Positions 27,213 through 37,913 of a stretch of DNA of 64,000 bases are shown in pieces. The stretch spans positions 2,341 through 66,340 of IMG/VR virus record IMGVR_UViG_2084038018_000013; one strand, written 5' to 3'. The notes below the pieces were generated by a model that searched no databases, had not been told where the DNA came from, and saw only the letters and a program-made list of their open reading frames with translations. This DNA is from a virus. The position numbers were made by a program, and so were the translations under genes. The first letter of the stretch is position 1. Each line of letters starts with the position of its first letter.

Positions 27213-28153
27213 GCGAGCCTCACAATATAATTAAATGCGATGTTTTTAACGGTGTTTTCCGCATTACCGGCTGCGGCGACCGTAATGGTGTGACCATGCG
27301 CTCCCATAACGATAGCGTGAGTATGCGCACCAATAGCTACCGTATGGGCGTGCGCACCGAGAACCACGTTATGGGTGTGCGAACCGATAGCGACGGTGTG
27401 GGTATGCGCTCCGGCTGAAGTGGTGGCAACGGCTCTGGAGTGTTGGAAGCCATTGCTCCCACCATTAAGTGCAAACGAGTTTCCTGCTGAATTAGCATCG
27501 ATATAGTTATCTGTGGAGTTGTGTGTATGAGCGCCTGTGCTATTGGTTGTTTTCGTACCATAATCAAACGCCGTTGTCGCTTTAGTCCCCAAATCCGTAC
27601 TTGATGTGGTTTTCGTACCATAATCAAAAGCGGCTGAGGTCTTGGTGCCGAGGTCTGTATTTGACGCCGTTGCGGTATGCGCGTGCGATTTAATTCCATC
27701 GGCCTCAAGGCTCAGCAGCGCACGGCCATCAGGTGCACCTTTAATGGTCTGTCCACGCATATCGGGCAACTTACCGGATGGATAGGCCGCAGCGGTTTTC
27801 GGGTATTTGGCGGTGTCGAACGCCTGCCCTTGCATGATGGCGTATCCGTCAGGTGGCGTGGTTGTTGGCCATGCCAGCGGTGTACCAACGGGGACAGCTT
27901 CAGACGCAGCGGTGGCCGCAATCGCCGTAGCAATGGCTTTTATTGCCGTCACCAGCTGGTTATTCTTCGACGGGTCAGGCGTCATTTTAGCTTCAGCCAG
28001 AATATTTTTACTCTCGGTCTGAACATCAATAATACCGCCCTGAAGCGCGTTCATGATTTTCGCGTAAACGATGGTGCCTTCCGCGCCGGTTGACGGGTCG
28101 CCATCGTGAAATAATCCATCGTCGGTATCAACCGGCTCGATAATATCTTTCAT
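27209..28153 (-). CDS. Tail fibre with collar domain
   Basis: [10 protein letters not shown]...[10 protein letters not shown] collar; DLGTK..FDYGTK repeat; [16 protein letters not shown] terminus. Confidence 0.9.
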
Positions 28154-28734
28154 TACGTTTTATTCTCCACGTAATTAAATACAACCTGTGTATGAGCAGG
28201 TTTTAAATCGCGGAATATGCTCTCCAGCATATTCTGGCCAAATGACATCAGGCGCTCACCCGTAGCCGAACTGCCGCAGCGGAAGCGGTAAATCGGCACC
28301 TGACCATCCTGAATATTCACAATCCACACCCAGACAATTTCCGGTATCCACAGACGGTCACCGCAACGGTTACGGCCACAGCGGAACGGCTCCGGCTCGT
28401 CGATGGTGACGTCATAGCCCAGCGACTTTGCCAGGCGGATAAAGTAGCTGCGGCTCAGCCCTCCGGTTTCGTTCAGCTTCGCCATAATCTGCTGGCGACG
28501 GGCCTGAATGGTCATGCCGTTGCTCACTGAAAGCCCCAGCACGCGCTCCCAGTCCGACAGCAGCGCCACAGCGGTAAAGGGTGTTATGCCGTTCAGCACG
28601 TCCTGAGCACTGCGCTCGACGCTGGCCAGCATGTTTCCCTCGGCCTGCAGTTCAGCGTTCAGCCGCTTACCCTCGCGGGCATAGCCATCGGGTAGCAGCA
28701 GGTAAAGCAGTTCGCGCCAGTCGTTCCCGGTCAT
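28153..28734 (-). CDS. Mu gp48-like baseplate protein (DUF2313)
   Basis: [27 protein letters not shown]. Confidence 0.88.
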   Translation of the reverse strand: MTGNDWRELLYLLLPDGYAREGKRLNAELQAEGNMLASVERSAQDVLNGITPFTAVALLSDWERVLGLSVSNGMTIQARRQQIMAKLNETGGLSRSYFIRLAKSLGYDVTIDEPEPFRCGRNRCGDRLWIPEIVWVWIVNIQDGQVPIYRFRCGSSATGERLMSFGQNMLESIFRDLKPAHTQVVFNYVENKT

Positions 28735-29801
28735 TTGAGTTCATCCACGGTGATGGTGCCCGGACGTATCCACTGCACGGTCTTCTCGCTGACCTCCGGC
28801 ACGACGTTAGCTGTCGGCGCGGTCAGCTCGTAGTCCACCACACCGGAGGTATCGGAAATCAGCGCTCCCATCTGGGTTCTGACCGCAATCTCCCCCGGAG
28901 CCAGACGGCTGAAGTAGTCCGTCAGCACCTGGGTTATCTGCGTCCTGGCCTCATCGAGCGACAGCCCGTCGAGGCTGACTTTCACAGAAATATCGGCACT
29001 CACCGGCTCCGGGGCCATCACCAGCGTGTCTTTTGCCGTTACCGGGCGCTGGTCGTCAATATGCGTCTGCACGGCCTTGAGGGTATCGTCGGATGGCAGA
29101 CCGCCACTGGCGGTAATCACCACGTCCACGGTGCCGTAGCCCCGGCGCAGGGGGTAGACGTAAGCCTCTGATACGCCGCTGACCTCCATCGCCCAGCGGC
29201 GGTAGTCGTATTTGTTGCCCCCGGCTGGCGGGCGGCGCATCAGTTCCAGCAGGCGCGAGAGTAGCGAGTCGTCGCTCTCGGCATCCGTGCCGCCGCGCAT
29301 GGTTTTTATCGTTACCGCGCTGTCGATACCCTGCGGCGCACTGAGCAGCGTGGCGGCGGTGTTGTCGCTGAGGTTGCCCACGACACCAGTAGTCATGGCG
29401 CTGGCGCTCACGGTGATGGTGCCTTTATCGTTGAGCGTGGCATCTTCCGTGGTCTGGTACAGGACATTGCCGCCGCGTGGACGGAACTGCAGACCACTGG
29501 GCACTTTCAGGCCTGCCGAACCGGTGAATATCGCCTGACCGCTGGCCGCGCTGGCGGGTTTGGGTGACAGACCACGTGAGCGGGCGTGCATCACCAGCCA
29601 GTCATGATCGGCGGTGTCGGGAAATATCTGGCGCAGTATCCAGCTCTGGTCGTTGTACAGACCCTGCGCCACGCCGGAGACGGCGTTCGCCCGGATGGCG
29701 TAATCACTGTCACCGGAGACGTCCGCATCCGGTAGCTGGTTGCGGATATCCCGTAGCTGTTGTTGAGTAATGTCGGCGAGTGCCGGTACGCTGCGAGCCA
29801 T
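28731..29801 (-). CDS. Mu gp47-like baseplate J protein
   Basis: RQIFPDTAD, GGTDAESD, PPAGGNKYDY. Confidence 0.9.
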   Translation of the reverse strand: MARSVPALADITQQQLRDIRNQLPDADVSGDSDYAIRANAVSGVAQGLYNDQSWILRQIFPDTADHDWLVMHARSRGLSPKPASAASGQAIFTGSAGLKVPSGLQFRPRGGNVLYQTTEDATLNDKGTITVSASAMTTGVVGNLSDNTAATLLSAPQGIDSAVTIKTMRGGTDAESDDSLLSRLLELMRRPPAGGNKYDYRRWAMEVSGVSEAYVYPLRRGYGTVDVVITASGGLPSDDTLKAVQTHIDDQRPVTAKDTLVMAPEPVSADISVKVSLDGLSLDEARTQITQVLTDYFSRLAPGEIAVRTQMGALISDTSGVVDYELTAPTANVVPEVSEKTVQWIRPGTITVDELK

Positions 29802-29811
29802 AATTCCCCGT

Positions 29812-30162
29812 TTAAACCACTTTGACCGGATGCCGGAAGGTCAGTACATTCCCGCCCGCGCTGGTGACCGTGATGGAAAGCAGCAGCCAGCCGGTTTCAG
29901 GCGAGGTGACGACCACATCAACAGTGGTCGCCCGCTTGTCATCAATCAGCGGCTGCAGCGCCTGTTCGGCATACTGGCGGGCCAGCGTGCGGGTCTGCGG
30001 CGTATCCTTCGCGCGGGCCAGTTCGTGCAGGCGAGACCCCATCTGCGGGTCAGCCCAGTATGTGCCCTTGCGAATGCGCAGACGCAGCCAGACCGCGTTA
30101 TGCAGGTCGTTGCAGCGTTGTCCGGTGTAATCGCCGGTGGTGTGATCGATATAGGCGTCCAT
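29812..30162 (-). CDS. Mu gp46-like baseplate protein
   Basis: YWADPQMGSRL, ARQYAEQALQPL. Confidence 0.88.
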   Translation of the reverse strand: MDAYIDHTTGDYTGQRCNDLHNAVWLRLRIRKGTYWADPQMGSRLHELARAKDTPQTRTLARQYAEQALQPLIDDKRATTVDVVVTSPETGWLLLSITVTSAGGNVLTFRHPVKVV

Positions 30163-30169
30163 AGCGGGC

Positions 30170-30216
30170 AGAATGCCGCAGGGGCGCTAAGGCAGGAAGG
30201 TACGGGGGTGAAGCGG
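30170..30216 (-). promoter_or_regulatory. Activator-dependent late promoter (upstream of gp46)
   Basis: CCGCTTCACCCCCGTA-N25-CATTCT. Confidence 0.6.
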
Positions 30217-30248
30217 CTAAGTCCGGGGCGGGAATGCCCCGGTGGGGG

Positions 30249-30914
30249 TTATGCGTTTTTGGGCGGGCCTGACGGGCCATCCGGGGTGTCGTGGATGTGA
30301 GGCCCAATTTTAACACCGTTGATGGTTACTGCCACCGAGGTGATGGTGCCGCCCGTATGGCTGATATTACCCTCAAACGAGGCCGTCACGCCACCGTCAC
30401 CGCCTTTAATGGCCATACCGCCGTTGCCGCTGATAAGCCCCTGTGCGGTCAGCTTCTCCGAGGTACTCAGCTCCGGCGTGGTGAACGCTGCAGACTCCGA
30501 GGCGTTAACCTTCATGCGCTTGCAGTTCAGCTCCCAGTCGTCGCAGGTGACAGCAATGATGCGGTTACGCTTCAGGACGATGCTGGCTCCCTCATCGGTA
30601 TAGATAGCCACCTCACCGGATTCCAGCCCCTGCAGACGGTAGCTGCTGTGTTCGGTGGCAATCACGATCCCGTGACTGGTTCGTCCGCCCAGCGGCAGCA
30701 CAATCGCCATCGCACCCTCTGGCGGTACGGTGGTGAAACCGTACTGCTGGAACATCTCAATGCCTTCCAGCCCTTCAGGGGCCAGTCCGGCCACCTGCGC
30801 GGTCTGTACGCCCCCCGTGGTGGTGATACGGGTCAGCACGCCACGAAAGGCCAGACGTATGCCGCTGAGCGCCTTACGGATGCGTTTATCTACCAGTCCA
30901 GAAAAATCAGGCAT
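30249..30914 (-). CDS. Mu gp45-like baseplate spike
   Basis: FQQYGFTTVPP, GEVAIYTDEG, C-terminal HIH; start MPDFSG. Confidence 0.88.
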   Translation of the reverse strand: MPDFSGLVDKRIRKALSGIRLAFRGVLTRITTTGGVQTAQVAGLAPEGLEGIEMFQQYGFTTVPPEGAMAIVLPLGGRTSHGIVIATEHSSYRLQGLESGEVAIYTDEGASIVLKRNRIIAVTCDDWELNCKRMKVNASESAAFTTPELSTSEKLTAQGLISGNGGMAIKGGDGGVTASFEGNISHTGGTITSVAVTINGVKIGPHIHDTPDGPSGPPKNA

Positions 30915-32025
30915 TGTCGACCTGCTCCCATGTTGTCCACAGTCCCTTGTCTTTTTTGCCGCGCCGGTGTCCCTTGCGATGGCCGGACTTCGGATATGCA
31001 TCCGGCAGCCAGATACCGTCCTCACGCAACAGTAGCGAGGTTTCCTGCCGCTGGCCACGACCGCCCCGGAAGGTGCGGCGCATGATGAAGTAAACGTCGT
31101 CGACCCCGTGGACGTCGCTTTTAACGTAAACCCGCTGGCCCGGTGCCCACAGCGTGCCGTTCGCGGTGGTGAAGCCCCGCAGGGTGGCCGAGAGCGCAAA
31201 ACCGTTCAGTCTGGCATCTGCCTGCAGCTTGCGGGCGCGAAACTGCACCTCTTCATCGCTCTGTGAGTCACCCTCTACCACGATGCGCGGGCGGTAGAGC
31301 GTCATGGTGGTATCTTTCACCGTGCATTTGCGGTTTGCCTTGCCATCTTCATGCCCTGTGCCGTGGCCCTGCGCCAGTACCGTGGTCTGAGAGTATCGCC
31401 CGCTCATATCGGTACGCTTGCCCAGCCTGAGCAGGTTATTGTTCTGCCCGTTACGGTGCATGATGAGCGTGTCCACCGGCGTGGCACTGTAGTCCGGCCC
31501 GCCGATAACCAGCGTGCCGTCCGGGGCCATCCACGGCCACAGGCCGCTCATTTCAGCGACGCGCTTCAGTGCATCCCACGCGCTGTCTCCCGGCTCGATG
31601 CTGATCTTCTTCACGCTGCCGGGGTTCTCAGCCTGCATGCGGATAGTGGTCACGCCCAGCGGCTTAATCACCTGCGAGATAACCTCCTGCAGCGTCATTT
31701 CCTGTGCGGTAAAAATGGGGGCCGAACAGTCCACCAGTACCGCCGCTGCGTCGCGCCCGGTCAGCTCCAGCATGTGCTGGCCACGGCTCACGTCGTGACT
31801 CAGCTCATCAATCATGCCGGTCATGATGGTGCTGTCGCCGTAGCGCAGCTCAGCTCTGGCTCCGGCCTCCACGTTCGCGGGCAACACCGGCTCGGCGGTG
31901 CCGACCGACAACTGCCAGCCGCCCGCAGGGGTCAGCAGGTCGGAATCCACCTCAAAGCGCTCCCAGTCGTCGTGCGACCGCCCCCCGATACGCAGCGTCA
32001 GGCGCTGCTCATCTTGCCCAGGCAT
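30907..32025 (-). CDS. Mu gp44 (gpP)-like baseplate hub
   Basis: VDSDLLTPAGGW, GRDAAAVLVDCSAP, IEPGDSAW. Confidence 0.88.
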   Translation of the reverse strand: MPGQDEQRLTLRIGGRSHDDWERFEVDSDLLTPAGGWQLSVGTAEPVLPANVEAGARAELRYGDSTIMTGMIDELSHDVSRGQHMLELTGRDAAAVLVDCSAPIFTAQEMTLQEVISQVIKPLGVTTIRMQAENPGSVKKISIEPGDSAWDALKRVAEMSGLWPWMAPDGTLVIGGPDYSATPVDTLIMHRNGQNNNLLRLGKRTDMSGRYSQTTVLAQGHGTGHEDGKANRKCTVKDTTMTLYRPRIVVEGDSQSDEEVQFRARKLQADARLNGFALSATLRGFTTANGTLWAPGQRVYVKSDVHGVDDVYFIMRRTFRGGRGQRQETSLLLREDGIWLPDAYPKSGHRKGHRRGKKDKGLWTTWEQVDNA

Positions 32026-33328
32026 ACAGCACATCCCCCGGATTCAGATTATTTGACTCGCGCAAAGATGGATTGAGGCGTGCCAGCTGCGTCGCGCGGG
32101 ACGCGTCGCCGTACCACTCAAATGCCAGCAGGGGCAAATTACAGCGGCGCGTCACCTGACGCTGTACCAGCGGCGGCAGCGCCAGAATCAGTCCGCGAGC
32201 CTGCTCCTGCAGGTGCCAGGCGCTTTCCTGCAGCGCGGCAATGATGGCCTGATCCTGACGGGTGTCCGGCGTACCGGCCTGCTCGCGAACGGCAGTGGCC
32301 ATACGCGCCGAGACGGACGCCCGCTGGGCCGCTATCGCCTCCACAATCAGAGTGCGCACGTCGCCGGTGATGCGCTCAATATCGGTGGAGGACAGCGTCG
32401 GGGAGGCGGTCTCATTCACAAAGATATCGCTGGCCGTGTCGGTCATTTCGCTCACGGCCACCAGTCGGATGGCCTGGTTGATCATCTCCGTATCGCTCTG
32501 CGGCATCACGCTGGCGCGGCGTAGCGTGGAAGCGAATACGCTGCCGGAGGACATGGTCTGCTGCGCGGTGGTGCGCTGAGCCGGTAACGTCAGCATGGTG
32601 TCCTTCAGCCCGGTCAGAGCGTTCCAGTCCGACAGGCGGGAAGCCTCGCTCAGTGACAGCCGGTCAGTGAATGCGCCGGTCAGGTGCTTCAGGTCGGAGA
32701 TAAAGGCGGTCGGGTAGTCCAGATAGTCGAGGGCGCTGCCGATGGTGGACTGCACCTCGTTTGCCAGGGCGTTTACCACGTACTCGGCTGAGGCGATGAT
32801 ATTGGTGACGCGGGCAATATCCTGCTGAATATCGCGCAGCGTATCCATTGCGTCCCCGAACCAGCCGATCGCGCTGTCGAAAATACTGTCGCCGTCTGCC
32901 TCGTAATGGGTGGTGGCGAACAGCGCATCGGGCTTACCGCTCTCCACAAAGACCAGGTCGACGGTGACTGCGTTAACTGGCTCCACCTCATGGAATACTC
33001 CGGCCTCCAGAAACTGCACGTCCGGCACCGAGCCGTATACCGGGTGAACCAGCTCGCCGGTGCCCGCCGTTTTAAGTGCGTTTAAAAAGGCTTTAAGCTG
33101 CGTCTGGTAGCGGTTGCCCCAGAAGAGTGCCTGCAGACGAAAGTTCACTGCCTTCAGCCCCTGGTCTTCCACCTCTTCACCATCCCGGTACGGGTAAGCG
33201 TAGGTCACGGTGTCCTTTGCCAGCGTGTCGCGGGTAAACAGGCAGTCAAACTCCACGCCCCGGAACGAAGCAGGCATCAGCAGATCTACCCCCAGCGCTG
33301 CAGCAATCTCGTTAATCGTATCCGCCAC
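32009..33328 (-). CDS. Mu gp43 (gpN)-like DNA circulation protein
   Basis: PASFRGVEF, YPYRDG, GELVHP, LARLNPS. Confidence 0.9.
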   Translation of the reverse strand: MADTINEIAAALGVDLLMPASFRGVEFDCLFTRDTLAKDTVTYAYPYRDGEEVEDQGLKAVNFRLQALFWGNRYQTQLKAFLNALKTAGTGELVHPVYGSVPDVQFLEAGVFHEVEPVNAVTVDLVFVESGKPDALFATTHYEADGDSIFDSAIGWFGDAMDTLRDIQQDIARVTNIIASAEYVVNALANEVQSTIGSALDYLDYPTAFISDLKHLTGAFTDRLSLSEASRLSDWNALTGLKDTMLTLPAQRTTAQQTMSSGSVFASTLRRASVMPQSDTEMINQAIRLVAVSEMTDTASDIFVNETASPTLSSTDIERITGDVRTLIVEAIAAQRASVSARMATAVREQAGTPDTRQDQAIIAALQESAWHLQEQARGLILALPPLVQRQVTRRCNLPLLAFEWYGDASRATQLARLNPSLRESNNLNPGDVLYAWAR

Positions 33329-35559
33329 TATTTCCTCCTCGAATCAACATCAATCCGGCGCAATACCGTATCTGTCACCTCGCGGCTGTCGAGGTAGATA
33401 TTAGCCACAATCGGTTGCTGCGGCCCCTGAGACGCGTAGGGAACATTTGCACCAGCAGGCGCAGGTTTTTCGGTACTGTTCTGCGAGAAAAAGCTCTTGA
33501 TTTCATCAAAGGCATCCAGAAAGCCAACTGGCTTAGGCATGTTGTCCGGGATGTTGTAGCCATCCTCTTTCAGCCGTTTAACCTTATCGTCGCCACGCTC
33601 CAGGAACTGATCGTAAAACTGGCCCGCAGCCATGTACCCTTCAGCCAGTGGCGCACGGACGACCTTGCCCAGCAGGCTCCCGCCTTTACTGAGCAGACCT
33701 CCGCCTTTTGCGGCTGTTTCGGCAGCTTCTTCAGCCACGGCTGAGCCACCGCCCCGGAGACGCTTCCACAGCTTCTGCCCGCCCGCCAGCGCCAGTGCCC
33801 CCAGCCCGGCACCACCTGCGGCCCCGATGCCCTGAATGGCGGAATAAGCCCCGCTGATCGCGGTGGTCAGTTTGGGAAATTCTTTCGCCAGCTCAGCCGC
33901 TTTATCAGCCGCCTCCCCAACCCACTTAGTGAAAGGAGAGGCAGTATCATTGGATGAAAAGGCCGCTTCGTTTTTGGCTTTGTTGACCTGAAATGCCGGG
34001 CTGTCCTTCACCAGCTCAAAGTCAAGGTCGGCTGAGGTTTTCCCGGCAGGCATATCAAACTGCTCGTTACCTTCCCCGACCAGCTTGTGGTAGTAGTCCT
34101 TGTTACGCTCCCAGTTCAGGAAGCCCATGCGGGAATATTCATTGGTGAAGATTCTCCCCACGTTCTGGCCGTGTATCTGGTCGCGTCGTGCTTCCAGCTG
34201 CGCTCTGGCTTCACCGGGAGCCGTCCGGGCAATCTGCTTATTCAGGTCCACGAACTGAGGATCGTGCTCATCCATGCTGCGAATGGCCCGGTCGACAGTA
34301 TCCAGCGGGGTCAGCCCCTTCGCCGCGTCAGCACGCATCAGCGCACGAATATCAAGGCCGCGCTTGCCGACTTTGATTTGCTTGAAATTGTTGGCCAACG
34401 TCGGTGAAGACAGCTCAGAGAGCAGGTTGGTGGTGAACGTCGCCGCTTCTTCAGGGGAGCCAGCACCGCGTGCAGCCGCCTCAAAAAGTGCAGCAACCTG
34501 TGAGAAGCCGGTGCGACCGTGCAGGCCAATGGACTTGGCAGACTCCAGCGCCTTTGGCATCTCTTTGGCCAGCAGTGGCACATCCACCATGCCGTTCTGC
34601 GCCATTGTGGTGGTGACACTGAGGCCTGCTCGCGCATCCTTCTCGTTAAGCCCAAAGTTAAACGCGCTGGACTGAAGGCTGGCGACAGAGGCCGCATCGG
34701 TTTCGGTTGCGGTGGCGTTCTTCATGACGCCAGGCAACGCCCGATAGGCCTGCTCTCTGGTCATGGTGCCGGAGCGGAGCATCACCTCCAGACCATGAAA
34801 AGCGCCATTGATATCGCCGCCACCGTCACGCAACGCGGCTTTGATCGCACTGTCGATATCTGTCATCCCCGACTGTCGTCCGGCCAGATTGTCATGCTTG
34901 TAGGCGAAGTTGGCCACCTTGCGCAGTTCGGAATCGTACTCCATCTGATTCTCGATGGGCTTGCGCATCACCATTGCACCGGCAACCAGACCGCCCCCGA
35001 TGGCACCTACGGTTTTGCCCACGCGGGCAAGGCGCTGATAGCTGCGCTCGGTTTCGCCCAGCTCGCGTTTGAGCCTGGCAACGGTCGCCTGCGTCTGGTT
35101 CCATGCGCGGGTCTGTTCGCTGGCGCTCATGGTGCCGCTGCGGGAGAGACGGTTGTACGCGGCCAGCGTCTGGTTAATCTCGCGGCGGATGGACTGCTCG
35201 GAGCGAATACCCAGCGTTTCGCGGGCCTGCGCCTGTCGGCGGTACTCCTGCAGGGCCGGGTTCATCTTCTCCTGTACACGCAGCGTCTCGCCCATCTCCT
35301 GTCGCAGACGGGAGACCGTTGACTGCATGCGCTGGTAAGCCCGTTCCTGCTCCTTGACCGACAGAACGCCGCTACGCTCAAGTCGGTTATAGGCCGCGAC
35401 CGTGCGGCTGATTTCCCGCTGGATGTTATGCTCTGAGCGTATTCCCAGCGACTCACGGGCGCTGGACATGCGGCGGAACTCTTCGGATAACGACCGGATT
35501 TTGGGCGTGGCGTTATCCTGCACGCCAAATTTAATCTGAGTATCAAAATCACGGGCCAC
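33328..35559 (-). CDS. Tape measure protein (Mu-like)
   Basis: 743-aa helical ORF after the chaperone. Confidence 0.88.
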   Translation of the reverse strand: MARDFDTQIKFGVQDNATPKIRSLSEEFRRMSSARESLGIRSEHNIQREISRTVAAYNRLERSGVLSVKEQERAYQRMQSTVSRLRQEMGETLRVQEKMNPALQEYRRQAQARETLGIRSEQSIRREINQTLAAYNRLSRSGTMSASEQTRAWNQTQATVARLKRELGETERSYQRLARVGKTVGAIGGGLVAGAMVMRKPIENQMEYDSELRKVANFAYKHDNLAGRQSGMTDIDSAIKAALRDGGGDINGAFHGLEVMLRSGTMTREQAYRALPGVMKNATATETDAASVASLQSSAFNFGLNEKDARAGLSVTTTMAQNGMVDVPLLAKEMPKALESAKSIGLHGRTGFSQVAALFEAAARGAGSPEEAATFTTNLLSELSSPTLANNFKQIKVGKRGLDIRALMRADAAKGLTPLDTVDRAIRSMDEHDPQFVDLNKQIARTAPGEARAQLEARRDQIHGQNVGRIFTNEYSRMGFLNWERNKDYYHKLVGEGNEQFDMPAGKTSADLDFELVKDSPAFQVNKAKNEAAFSSNDTASPFTKWVGEAADKAAELAKEFPKLTTAISGAYSAIQGIGAAGGAGLGALALAGGQKLWKRLRGGGSAVAEEAAETAAKGGGLLSKGGSLLGKVVRAPLAEGYMAAGQFYDQFLERGDDKVKRLKEDGYNIPDNMPKPVGFLDAFDEIKSFFSQNSTEKPAPAGANVPYASQGPQQPIVANIYLDSREVTDTVLRRIDVDSRRK

Positions 35560-35571
35560 GGGGCAGTCCTC

Positions 35572-36083
35572 TTAGCGGGAAGCAGCGCTGCGTGCCCTTT
35601 TACGGGGGCGACGCAGGCTGATAACGGTGCGGTTTTTCTGCCAGGCTTTGGGGTTTTCCCGGCGGGTGATGGCATCCAGCCATCCGGCCAGCTCTACAGC
35701 GCTGGCGCGTCGGATTTGCTCTTCTGTGATGCCGTATCGTCCGAGCCGGATGACTGTGTACCGGTATTCGGTAAAGCGCTGCTCATGGATTTGAGCTTTT
35801 TTTTCACCTCATCGCGCAGGGTGCGCAGGTAGGCATAATCCTCGGAGACCAGATTGTCGCAGAGCAACTGATAGGTAATGCTCTCAGCGGGAATGTCGCC
35901 AATCTTCGTCAGCGTGCGGGCCAGCACAGCAATCGGCACGCCAGCGTCAGAGACGCCGTCTTCAATCACGGCAATCTCGTCTCCGACCGTTGCCAGACCC
36001 AGCTCCACGTTTTGGTGGAGCTTGCCATCAAACAGAATGCCAACCGGCAGTGAACCTGTGCAGGTAATGTTCCCGGACATCAT
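35572..36083 (-). CDS. Tail assembly chaperone (35694-36083) with -1 frameshift product ending at 35572
   Basis: GTG AAA AAA AAG contains A AAA AAG; the -1 frame is open, encoding AQIHEQRFTEYRYTVIRLGRYGITEEQIRRASAVELAGWLDAI... Confidence 0.8.
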
Positions 36084-36451
36084 TATTCCTCAATTTTGTT
36101 AAGTGCAAAGGCGGTGATGTTGATACGCGCCTCGTTATCCACGGTGTACTGCTCACCGACCTGCGTGACAAACACATCCTGATAGGTGGTGCGTTTGCCG
36201 CTGCCGAGCGGCGTCTGGGTCAGTTTTGCCCCGGCAATCTGCGCCCAGTTGACGGTGGTATCCTTTGGCACCACTGCCGTGATGGCCAGCTCCCACGTGG
36301 CTATACCCTGGGTATAACCTTTCGCGCGGCCAGTGCTGTTCATGGTCTTGACCAGCTTTTTCCCGGTTGTCTCGGTGGGGTTGAAGTCAGTGACCTCAAC
36401 CTCCACGCTGTTAACGTCCAGGACAATCGAGCCTACGTATTCAAGGGCCAT
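36083..36451 (-). CDS. Tail tube protein (Mu gpM-like)
   Basis: 122 aa after the sheath. Confidence 0.85.
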   Translation of the reverse strand: MALEYVGSIVLDVNSVEVEVTDFNPTETTGKKLVKTMNSTGRAKGYTQGIATWELAITAVVPKDTTVNWAQIAGAKLTQTPLGSGKRTTYQDVFVTQVGEQYTVDNEARINITAFALNKIEE

Positions 36452-36461
36452 TGTCGTCTCC

Positions 36462-37913
36462 TTACATCAGATAAATGACGGCGGCGAACACATGCAGACC
36501 CCGCACGATTGCTGCCGGAATGGTGGCCTCCGCCCGCGTGTCGTCCTGAAGGCTGCGGGTGACGGTAAGCTGGTCTTTAAGCGCGTCGACGTTCTCCACA
36601 ATCTCCAGCTGCTCCAGCGAATACAGCACATCAAGCAGTTCGGAGCGGATACGCGCAAGCCGGGCGTCCGTGAGCTTTTCTCGCGGGAAACGCTGGGTAT
36701 AGCGGGTACGGCATGCCAGACGCACATAGTCGAGCGAGCGGATAATGGTGATATCCATAAGCGACCGGTCGGTCACGCCCGCAGCATTCTTCACATAAGT
36801 GCTGACCGCGCGCACGATACGCACCACGCTGCCGTCCACCTCAAACGGCGTCAGGCCGTTCATCAGGGCGTTTTCCTGCTCGGCACGTCCCGGCCAGTTG
36901 TCCTGCGCCGTGATATCAAGCCCCGGTAAAGTAAGGGTGTTCAGCGGGCGGGCCGGATCGGATTCACTGGCCATCACCGCACCGTAAATTGCCGACAGCT
37001 CGCCGTTCGGCAGTGCTGAACCGGCATGCCAGCCGCAGGAAATACGCGGCGCGTTAACCTTGCTGGTCAGCGTGGTGCCGCTGGCAAGCGTCCCGTTCCA
37101 GCCGGTAATACCCACAGCGCCGCGCTGCTCAAGCGGCCCGGAAACGTTATCCAGATGCGCGGATAGCTTCGCCAGCGCATCATCGCTGGTATACGGCAGC
37201 ATAATCATCGTGTGCCCGGAGGCGAATACCGCGCTGAATGCCGCATCGAGAGACGGGTCGCCCTGACCACCGCTCATAGGCGTCAGCGTGGCCGTGAGAC
37301 CACTGGCGGTGATGGTGCAGGTCAGGCCGCACTCATTACCGGTACTGCCCTTGTTGCGGGCGGTCAGCACCAGCGCCTTGATTTTCGTGGGATTACCTTC
37401 ACCGTCGTCAGGGCCATCAATCTCACCCACGGTGGCGCTCAGGGGCAGATCGTCCTGCAGCGTTATTGCGCTGGCCAGTGAGGCCATCACGTCATCGGCT
37501 TTGTCTCCCTGGCTGACAGCAACAGCAACGGTGGTGCCACAGATAGCCAGACGAACCTGACCGGAACCGCTGGCGGTGCCGTTAACCACCACCGAGCCGG
37601 TTGCCGCCACGCCCGCCTCAGCATCATCCAGCCCGACTACGGTCAGCTGTATGTACTGGTTCGCCTTGATCGCCGCGCGGGCCATACGATGCGCCTGTGA
37701 GCCACGCCCGAAGTACAGCGCCGCCTCATCGTCGCTGAAGACATTCACCGGCGTAAGAACTTCAGCAGCGGTTGTCTGCGTCAGACGCTGGGCAATAATC
37801 AGCAGCTTCTGGTCGTTGGTGGCCAGCGCACGTGAGGCCAGCGTAGTGTTGAACGCGAAATAAGCGCCGGGCTTATAAATCGGGTTCGGAATAGTTGTAA
37901 TATCCATAGTCAT
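36462..37913 (-). CDS. Tail sheath protein (Mu gpL-like)
   Basis: FGRGSQAHRM, DPARPLNTL, GLTPF, IRSLDYVR. Confidence 0.93.
   Translation of the reverse strand: MTMDITTIPNPIYKPGAYFAFNTTLASRALATNDQKLLIIAQRLTQTTAAEVLTPVNVFSDDEAALYFGRGSQAHRMARAAIKANQYIQLTVVGLDDAEAGVAATGSVVVNGTASGSGQVRLAICGTTVAVAVSQGDKADDVMASLASAITLQDDLPLSATVGEIDGPDDGEGNPTKIKALVLTARNKGSTGNECGLTCTITASGLTATLTPMSGGQGDPSLDAAFSAVFASGHTMIMLPYTSDDALAKLSAHLDNVSGPLEQRGAVGITGWNGTLASGTTLTSKVNAPRISCGWHAGSALPNGELSAIYGAVMASESDPARPLNTLTLPGLDITAQDNWPGRAEQENALMNGLTPFEVDGSVVRIVRAVSTYVKNAAGVTDRSLMDITIIRSLDYVRLACRTRYTQRFPREKLTDARLARIRSELLDVLYSLEQLEIVENVDALKDQLTVTRSLQDDTRAEATIPAAIVRGLHVFAAVIYLM

Noticed and set aside
25100-28153. Gin-type invertible tail-fibre segment or shufflon
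   Set aside because: No invertase ORF, no inverted second fibre and no gix-like inverted repeats found
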